DNA of 64,000 nucleotides from Candidatus Multivorans sp. (GTDB lineage Bacteria; Acidobacteriota; Thermoanaerobaculia; Multivoradales; Multivoraceae): NCBI GenBank assembly GCA_965247095.1, contig OZ251997.1, positions 2,336,001 to 2,400,000 of the forward strand, read 5' to 3'. Shown piece by piece: positions 58,301 to 64,000 of this stretch (position 1 is its first letter; each line of letters starts with the position of its first letter). The notes under the pieces were generated by a model. It saw only the letters and a program-made list of their open reading frames with translations, ran no database searches and was not told where the DNA came from. The position numbers and the translations under genes were made by a program.

Positions 58301-59016
58301 CGCTGACCGTCTTCACCTTCCCCAGCGGCAATCGACCCGGCAGATGCCTGCACGAGATCTTCGAGAAGCGGATGCAACCGGACCACGATCTCGTTTCGAT
58401 CTGCCGGGACGCGCTGGCCAGGTACGGCATCGACTCGAAGTGGGCGCCGGTCGTCCGCACGCTCATCCAGGACACGCTCGACACGCCGCTCACACAACCC
58501 GGCGAGGCAGGCAGCGTCTTCCGCGTCGCCGACCTCGAGCGGCCGATCCCCGAGATGGAGTTCCACCTGCCGGTCCAGGGCCTCAGGCGGGCTCAGCTCG
58601 CCGAATGCCTGCACGCGCACGGCTACGACCATGCGTTGCCCGACAGCCGGAGCGCGATCAACGGTTTTCTCCACGGCTACATCGATGTCGTGGCCCAGAA
58701 CAACGACCTCTGGTACGTCCTGGACTACAAGTCGAACTGGCTAGGACACGGCCGGGCCGTGTACTCGCCGGAAGGGCTGGAGGGAGCGATGCGCCAGCAC
58801 GGCTACCACCTCCAGTACCTGCTGTACCTCACGGCCCTGCACCGGCTGCTGCGGCTGCGCCTTCCCGGGTACGACTACGACCGTCACATCGGCGGCGCGT
58901 TCTACCTCTTCGTGCGCGGAATGAGACCGAACGCGCCCGGTGGCGGCGTGTTCCACAACCGTCCATCCCGCGCCTGCATCGAGGGGATCGACGCCTGCCT
59001 CGGGGACGCGCCATGA
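55297..59016 (+). CDS. recB: Exodeoxyribonuclease V beta subunit
   Basis: IEASAGTGKT, DEFQDTD, GDPKQSIY.FRGAD, YVALTRA, G.ID...DYKSN nuclease domain. Confidence 0.96.
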   Translation: MTAQAGGNDPLTRSLDGDLIIEASAGTGKTYTLTTLVARLIVEADRNIDELLIVTFTISAAGELRERVWRTLQAARRALAEPGAVVDGQARELAQRWRNVGIPDADAAIRLTSAIRDFDRANITTIHGFCQRALSEFALNAGIPFRFQVSGDDALAVAAATQDFWRQNMAPAEIPFLEYAEGRNFVPKKGLPWGEDATTWVVRCHAKQSDIRGAADPEEVQQAQQSGRDPWLQAFQAARAAWNDDSQRQIFLEALATHRWNKNENDDRLSEVTAAFRANDPALFPRERAGYFGRESLTGKLRKTTPRQQLPAILLYDAFDRLGKAATELPQLWLAGQRSLLLENVRTTLHHDAWADRRLSFNALLTELHRALDGQFGAPLAERIRARYPVALIDEFQDTDRLQADIFEKIYPGGGAPNGSLLVVGDPKQSIYRFRGADVFAYFDAKKRLSGTNVELKLEKNYRSTPGLVRAVNALFERPRPFVLPDPGFHFEAAAAADSTRGELVVPDQDHDARPFEIQLVRRADGKKWTKGQLRQATAEHTAGEIARLLEPTRNGGAAAIVSEAGKAPITDGDIAVLVRTGEQGRAVAQSLLGYGIDSIEMGVDSVYDSHEAAALYRLLYALCTAESEYNATPLLRGALAADLFGLSLQDLARLRDEDDFWTDWRDLARGSRGWGQVWKEQGIAALIRHILFAKDSDCAANLLGYPDGPRRLTNYLHLADLLHEAETWRRPSRHGLVDWFRRSRAEPSGGDETSQLRLESDEKLVKIVTVHRAKGLEFPIVFCPFTWDGRQPKPPEMAEYFDAAAGTPVLHLRPADDHRDRQRLEEHADELRLLYVALTRAKYRCVVGWAQATGAQHAPLAWLLHPNGGGGDQSPIDALKENAERVAKLGAEEWRAEVHRLAGKAPEDISVREIDLALPDGGEPIRRAEPENREEPFQARELRRQLASIRQRTSYSALSTGAGAAQSEIEHEEAERPDHDPDEPDASGEVAAAERPAEEDALTVFTFPSGNRPGRCLHEIFEKRMQPDHDLVSICRDALARYGIDSKWAPVVRTLIQDTLDTPLTQPGEAGSVFRVADLERPIPEMEFHLPVQGLRRAQLAECLHAHGYDHALPDSRSAINGFLHGYIDVVAQNNDLWYVLDYKSNWLGHGRAVYSPEGLEGAMRQHGYHLQYLLYLTALHRLLRLRLPGYDYDRHIGGAFYLFVRGMRPNAPGGGVFHNRPSRACIEGIDACLGDAP

Positions 59017-60767
59017 GCGATCTGGCGCGACTCGAGGCGCTGAACAGACACGGCGTCCTCGCAGACATCGACCTGTACTTCGCCCTCCTGATGACGGAGC
59101 TCGGCGCCGACGACGATGTCGCGCTGGCTGCCGCGACCGCCAGCGCGATGCACCGCGCCGGGCACACCTGCCTCGAGCTCCGCAATGGCGGCAGGCGGAT
59201 CGCCGACCTGGTGGAGCGGCCGGACTCGGGCCCGAGCGCTCAGTTACCCGACGAGCTGGCGGAAGCACGCCTGCCGGGCCGCGCGACATTGGAAGACTCG
59301 CTGACTGCAAGTCCGGTCGTGGGCACCGGTGAGGCGACCGAAGTCCTGCCCCTGGTTCTCGATCGCGACCGTCTCTACCTGCACCGGTTGTTCGCCGCCG
59401 AAGGCCGGCTAGCGGAGCGAATGCTCGCGCTGGCCAGAAGCCACGATTCAGACGTGACCACGGAGCACGTGACCGGGCGTGTGTTCGCCGAAGACGAGGA
59501 TCGAACGGAGGAAGCCACGGCCGCCATCCGGGCCGCCCTCAAGCGGCGGCTGTGCATCGTCACCGGCGGCCCCGGCACCGGCAAGACGACGCTCGCGGCC
59601 AAGCTGATCGCGGTTCTCGTCGCAGGCGGCTCCGTTGAGCCGCGTCGGATCGGACTGGCGGCGCCCACCGGCAAGGCTGCTTCGCGGCTCCAGGAATCCG
59701 TGCGCGGAAAGATGGACGAGAAGCCCTTGAACCAGGTGCGCCACCTGCGGGACTTCCCGGTCGAGGCGCGGACCATCCACCGCCTGCTCGCGGATCGGAG
59801 CAGACCGCTGGCGCGCCTCCAGGCCCTGGTCGTCGACGAATGCTCCATGGCCGACCTGTCGCTGATGGTCCGCTTGGTAACCGCCCTGCCGGAAGAGTGC
59901 CGCCTGATTCTGCTCGGCGACGCGAACCAGTTGTCCTCGGTGGAACCAGGCTCCGTGTTCAGCGACCTCTGCAAGGCCGGCAGCAACGGACCGCTCGCTC
60001 CGTGCGTCACCACGCTCACGAAGAACTACCGCTTCAGGGCCGACTCGGGGATCGGCCGACTCGCGACGGCCGTCGTTGCAGGCGATGCCGGCGGCGCCCT
60101 GGGCGTGCTCCGTGACGCGCTCGACGACAAGACCGAACTGCGACCGCTGGAGACCGAAGCCGCGTTCGACGACTTCGCCCGCAAGAGCGCCGCGGAATGG
60201 GCCAAGCACATGGCGGCACTCGAAGCGCACCCCGAAGGAACTCCTCCGTTCCCGGCCCACCGCGTCCTGTGCAGCCACCGTCGCGGCCCGTTCGGAATCG
60301 CCCGTTTCAACCGGCTCGTCGAGCGCCGCCTCGCCGAGCTGGGACGTCGCAGCGCGGACGACGAGTTCTACGTCGGCCGCCCGATCATCGTCAGCCGCAA
60401 CGACCGGCAGACAGGGCTCTCCAACGGCGACACCGGCGTGGTATTGCCCGACGGAGAAGGCGGTCGCACGGTCTGGTTCCCCGACCTCGACCGCGACCAC
60501 GAGCGCTACCTGGTCCCACCGTCGCGCTTGCCCCAGCACGAGAGCTTCTTCGCCCTCACGGTGCACCGGGCCCAGGGATCGGAGTACGACGAAGTCATCT
60601 TCATCCCCGGCGACGCCGCCTCCCGCGTCAACACGAAGGAACTCTTCTACACGGCGGTCACGAGGGCGCGGAAGAAGGTCACCGTCCTGGCCACCGAGCC
60701 CGCCGTGAGGGCGGCCGTGATGCGCACGACCTCGCGTGCCACCGGGCTATTGGACCGACTCCGCTAA
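59013..60767 (+). CDS. recD: Exodeoxyribonuclease V alpha subunit
   Basis: GGPGTGKTT, APTGKAA, VDECSM, TVHRAQGSEY, YTAVTRA; ATGA overlap with recB. Confidence 0.95.
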   Translation: MSDLARLEALNRHGVLADIDLYFALLMTELGADDDVALAAATASAMHRAGHTCLELRNGGRRIADLVERPDSGPSAQLPDELAEARLPGRATLEDSLTASPVVGTGEATEVLPLVLDRDRLYLHRLFAAEGRLAERMLALARSHDSDVTTEHVTGRVFAEDEDRTEEATAAIRAALKRRLCIVTGGPGTGKTTLAAKLIAVLVAGGSVEPRRIGLAAPTGKAASRLQESVRGKMDEKPLNQVRHLRDFPVEARTIHRLLADRSRPLARLQALVVDECSMADLSLMVRLVTALPEECRLILLGDANQLSSVEPGSVFSDLCKAGSNGPLAPCVTTLTKNYRFRADSGIGRLATAVVAGDAGGALGVLRDALDDKTELRPLETEAAFDDFARKSAAEWAKHMAALEAHPEGTPPFPAHRVLCSHRRGPFGIARFNRLVERRLAELGRRSADDEFYVGRPIIVSRNDRQTGLSNGDTGVVLPDGEGGRTVWFPDLDRDHERYLVPPSRLPQHESFFALTVHRAQGSEYDEVIFIPGDAASRVNTKELFYTAVTRARKKVTVLATEPAVRAAVMRTTSRATGLLDRLR

Positions 60768-60773
60768 CCGGCG

Positions 60774-62180
60774 CTACTCGCCGCCGGAAACCGTTCCTTC
60801 GCTTCCCTCGCTGTCGGACCGTCTCTTCTGCTGGCGGAAACGGCGGAACAACTTGCCCTGTTCCTCTTCGCTCAGCGAGTCCCAGTCGATTCCGAATTGG
60901 TCCTTGATCCGCTTCTTGAAGGTCTCGGCGTTGAACCGCTGCCCGCCGAGGAAGCCGGTGTTCTCCGGCTTGTAGCCGGCCTCGGCGTCCGCGTAGGACA
61001 CGAAGCCGAACATCATCTCGGAGGTGGTCGGGCCGCCATAGACGACCGTCTCCGTCGGATCGGGGTTCGACGGGTTGTCGGCCGAGTTGTCCCAGGCCAT
61101 CGTCAGCTTGATCTCGGTACCGGCAGGAATCCGCTTGCCGCCGGCCGGGTACTTGTAGTGCGTCTGCCAGTTGAAGTCGTAGCGCGGGACGTCGAGGAGA
61201 ACCTCTTCGGCGCCGTCCGGGTACTTCGCCACGTAGCGGGCCGACTTGCCGCGCAGGTGCATGTGCGGCGTATAGCCGAGCAGGAGCGAGTCGCGCTCGA
61301 ACTTGGCGCTCGTCGTGGCGACGTAGTTCGACTCGCCCGGCGGAATCTGGAAGTCGAACTTGCCCATCGCGTTGTTCTGCATCACGTAGGTGGGCTGGTA
61401 GTCCGCCGGGTAGAAGCGCAGCGCCACCGAGGAGCGATCCCAGCCGCCGGTACCCGGCCCCGGCTCCTTGTGGTAGTGCATCTGCCAGCGGATCTTGGTG
61501 CCTGGCTTGACGAGCGTGCCGAAGCCGTCGTCGTAAACCGTGGGGTCGTTACCCGGGGCAATACCGCCGAAGGGGCGCGCGATGATGTGGTGCACAGCCG
61601 AGGCGCCCGGACGGAACTCGACCGCCTTGATCCAGCGCGGCTCAGGCAGCATCTCCTTCGTGATCACGGTCTCGAAGTTGATGTACTGATCCTGGACGTC
61701 GTCTTCGACGAAGTAGTCCTGGCCCATGTCCATGACCAGGTCAGGCTCGCCGATCGTCCAGCCGTCACTGGAGCCCCACTCGCGGGCCGGCGGCGCGTCG
61801 GCCGCATTGCCCATCGGCGCCCCGCCCTTGGCCCAGGCGATCAGGGTGGCCTTCTGCTCTTCGGTCAGGGAGCGCTCGTTCACGAACACGCCCGCATGCT
61901 GCGGGGCCGCATGCCACGGCGGCATCAGGCCGGCTTCGACCTGGCGGGCCATCGAACGCGCCCAGGGCCGTACTTCCTGGTAGCTCGTAAAGGCCATCGG
62001 CGCAACCATGCCGCCCAGGTTCGCGCCGTTCGGGCGGTGGCAGACCTGGCACTTCTGCTCCAGCACGGTTTGCACCGCGCCGTAGTAGGTCGGCACAGCC
62101 TGGGGAGCGTCGTTGTTGTTCGCTGCCGCGAGGGGTGCGGCCAGCGCGAGGATCAGCAGCAATCCGATCGCCTGCTTCAT
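60774..62180 (-). CDS. Secreted c-type-heme plus copper monooxygenase (PHM-like) protein
   Basis: Signal peptide; CQVCH...MPPW; VHH, MHY, HMH, EM copper-ligand pattern; YDFNWQ. Confidence 0.7.
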   Translation of the reverse strand: MKQAIGLLLILALAAPLAAANNNDAPQAVPTYYGAVQTVLEQKCQVCHRPNGANLGGMVAPMAFTSYQEVRPWARSMARQVEAGLMPPWHAAPQHAGVFVNERSLTEEQKATLIAWAKGGAPMGNAADAPPAREWGSSDGWTIGEPDLVMDMGQDYFVEDDVQDQYINFETVITKEMLPEPRWIKAVEFRPGASAVHHIIARPFGGIAPGNDPTVYDDGFGTLVKPGTKIRWQMHYHKEPGPGTGGWDRSSVALRFYPADYQPTYVMQNNAMGKFDFQIPPGESNYVATTSAKFERDSLLLGYTPHMHLRGKSARYVAKYPDGAEEVLLDVPRYDFNWQTHYKYPAGGKRIPAGTEIKLTMAWDNSADNPSNPDPTETVVYGGPTTSEMMFGFVSYADAEAGYKPENTGFLGGQRFNAETFKKRIKDQFGIDWDSLSEEEQGKLFRRFRQQKRRSDSEGSEGTVSGGE

Positions 62181-62447
62181 GGGTCGGGGTCTCCTCGGGT
62201 TGGGTCGATTGAGCGCTAACTGGAACACCGTACCACAAGCGACGCTGAACCGCAGTCACGGCCGCGAGTCGCGCTTCGGATCCATGGGTGTGAATACAGT
62301 AAGCACCCCGCGGGGCTATGGAGCCACAGGTCCAACCGATCGCGAGTTGTGCCAAGATCGACCCGCCCCATTTGAGCCCCTCTTTCTGGGTGTCGTCCAG
62401 CGGACAACTCCCGCCCGGGCGCCAGTGAAACAGGAGCACCGAGTCTC

Positions 62448-63692
62448 GTGGCAACCAGGCAACCTTCACCGGTCCAACGACAGAGTGGGGCACAAGCCGC
62501 CCCGGAACCGGCCTTCGACATTCCCGCCTGCTACGTCGACGGCTACGAAGCCGCGCGGGCAGAGGATCCCGAGATGGCGGAGCGCTACATCCGCTACACG
62601 ACCCTGGCCGACCCTCAGGCCGACCAGGCGGTCGAACAGTTGGCGAATGTCGTAGCGCCTCAGCACATCCACGCGACCATCGCGAAGAAGACGGTCGACC
62701 GCTACTACGATCCGCCGAAGGACACGCCTGAAGCGCTTCGAGAACTCATCGCGTCCTCCGCCGTCCTACCGGACTGGTTCGACCCGAAGATCGCCCTCAA
62801 GGCAACCCGGGCATTCCTGCGCAACTCGGACATGGTCCTCGGGGGCCTCGTCGGGGGCGCCATCGTGGAGGGCTTCTCCACACTGATCAGCAAGTCGTTC
62901 CGCATCCGGAGCCGGATCATCCTGAACGGCGTCCGCCAGCTCAAGCAGAACACCCTGCAACTGACCGAGCAGTTCATGCCCGGCGGCCAGGAGCCCGGGA
63001 GCGACGCCTGGAAGCTGAGCCTCCGCATTCGCCTGGTCCATGCCCAGTCGAGGATGCTGCTCAGGGAATCGACCGAGTGGGACACGGCGACACACGGAAT
63101 GCCGCTCAGCACAGCGCACATGCTGTTGGGGGCGGCCGCCTTCTCCGGGCGCCTCATGCATCACGTCGGGCGCCTGGGCGGCGACTTCACTGACGAGGAA
63201 CGGGAGGCCTACATCCACGTGTGGAGATATACGGGCCTGGTCATGGGCATACCCGAGTCGATCATGTTCCACGACCAGGCGTCGGCGCACCGGACCTTCA
63301 AGATCGGCGCGATATGCGAGCCGCCGCCGGACGATGATGCGATCATCATGGCCAACAGCATCATCAACAGCGCGCCGATCCTGCTGGGCTTCACCGAAAC
63401 GCAGGAACGCCGCAAAATGGCGGCGTTCATCTACCAGGTGTCCCGGGAACTGATCGGCGATGAGCTGGCGGACGCCTTCCGCTTCCCCAGGTCGAGGGTT
63501 GTCAAGCGGGTGCCGCTGCTCTACCTCAGGAACAGAGCCGAGAAGATCGCACTGCAACTGTTCCCCCCTCTGGCCGCGAGGCGTTCGAGAAAGCGATTCA
63601 ACGCTCTGCTCGACGCCTCGGATCTGGGAGAGATCGAGCACTCATACGCCCTGCCGACCACTCTCCACGACGAAGAATCGCAGGACTTGTAG
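62448..63692 (+). CDS. MpaB/Lcp-like (DUF2236) oxygenase family protein
   Basis: LPDWFD, RIRLVHAQSR, WD....GMP, HVWRY.G.VMG; AGGAG RBS. Confidence 0.8.
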   Translation: MATRQPSPVQRQSGAQAAPEPAFDIPACYVDGYEAARAEDPEMAERYIRYTTLADPQADQAVEQLANVVAPQHIHATIAKKTVDRYYDPPKDTPEALRELIASSAVLPDWFDPKIALKATRAFLRNSDMVLGGLVGGAIVEGFSTLISKSFRIRSRIILNGVRQLKQNTLQLTEQFMPGGQEPGSDAWKLSLRIRLVHAQSRMLLRESTEWDTATHGMPLSTAHMLLGAAAFSGRLMHHVGRLGGDFTDEEREAYIHVWRYTGLVMGIPESIMFHDQASAHRTFKIGAICEPPPDDDAIIMANSIINSAPILLGFTETQERRKMAAFIYQVSRELIGDELADAFRFPRSRVVKRVPLLYLRNRAEKIALQLFPPLAARRSRKRFNALLDASDLGEIEHSYALPTTLHDEESQDL

Positions 63693-63726
63693 CTCAGCAG
63701 CGCAGCGAACACCGCTGTGGATACTC

Positions 63727-63999
63727 CTAGCTCATGCCGGCCGCAGGCCGGCCTACATCCAGATCGGCGTACATGGCGGCGACGAGTGAGGCCACTTCGG
63801 GACGAGTCAGCTTCGAGCCGGGCCCCTGCTCTTCCACCCGGTCCAGCGTCGCCCAGGCGAGACGCACCGGCAAGCCGGTGAAACCGAGGTAGCCGCGCGG
63901 AGCGCCGGCTCTCTGCAAGTGATCCACGTACTCCCCGGCAATCAGGAGGTCCGCGCGAGCGAGCTCGAAGGCCAGCCTCCGGTCGCGGGCGCTCGGAAT
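63727..63999 (-). CDS. Squalene/phytoene synthase family protein, C-terminal part (5' end outside window)
   Basis: ARADL..A.EY...L...F..LP..LA.ATL...KLTR helical C-terminus; frame is open to the window edge. Confidence 0.55.
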   Translation of the reverse strand: MPSARDRRLAFELARADLLIAGEYVDHLQRAGAPRGYLGFTGLPVRLAWATLDRVEEQGPGSKLTRPEVASLVAAMYADLDVGRPAAGMS

Positions 64000-64000
64000 G

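Noticed and set aside
62338-62358. TGGCAC on the minus strand as a sigma54 promoter
   Set aside because: No TTGC at the required spacing

Overview
GC-rich bacterial chromosomal window. The VWA, PQQ-propeller and sulfatase gene types suggest Acidobacteriota, and the ankyrin lipoprotein suggests a host-associated, possibly sponge, symbiont; both are inferences. Contents in order: the end of a TonB receptor and a VWA protein; a minus-strand run of acyl-CoA synthetase, biotin-dependent carboxylase, hydratase, GST and an ACIII/Qrc-like redox complex; a defence island (about 15.4-24.4 kb) with two VapBC-type TA pairs, two TIR genes, an adenine MTase and two broken copies of its endonuclease; a surface-glycan cluster with GDP-heptose-type enzymes, flippase, GT-C and methyltransferases; a decayed btuB; an integrated 11.5-kb mobilisable plasmid; recCBD; and three oxidative/isoprenoid-related genes. 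Main result: the plasmid lies between two CGGTT cores (40323-40327 and 51823-51827). Removing it rebuilds a complete cobalamin riboswitch for btuB. Circularising it fuses its two terminal ORFs in frame into one 459-aa protein in a parA-partner-gene-iteron arrangement, probably Rep. Other notable signals: a 68/69-bp two-hairpin element with compensatory base pairs that inserts after GAAC, once in frame inside a gene; cargo cassettes flanked by duplicated gene 3' ends; and an array of three HigA-N-terminus-like micro-ORFs. All calls come from reading motifs by eye; no database searches were run.
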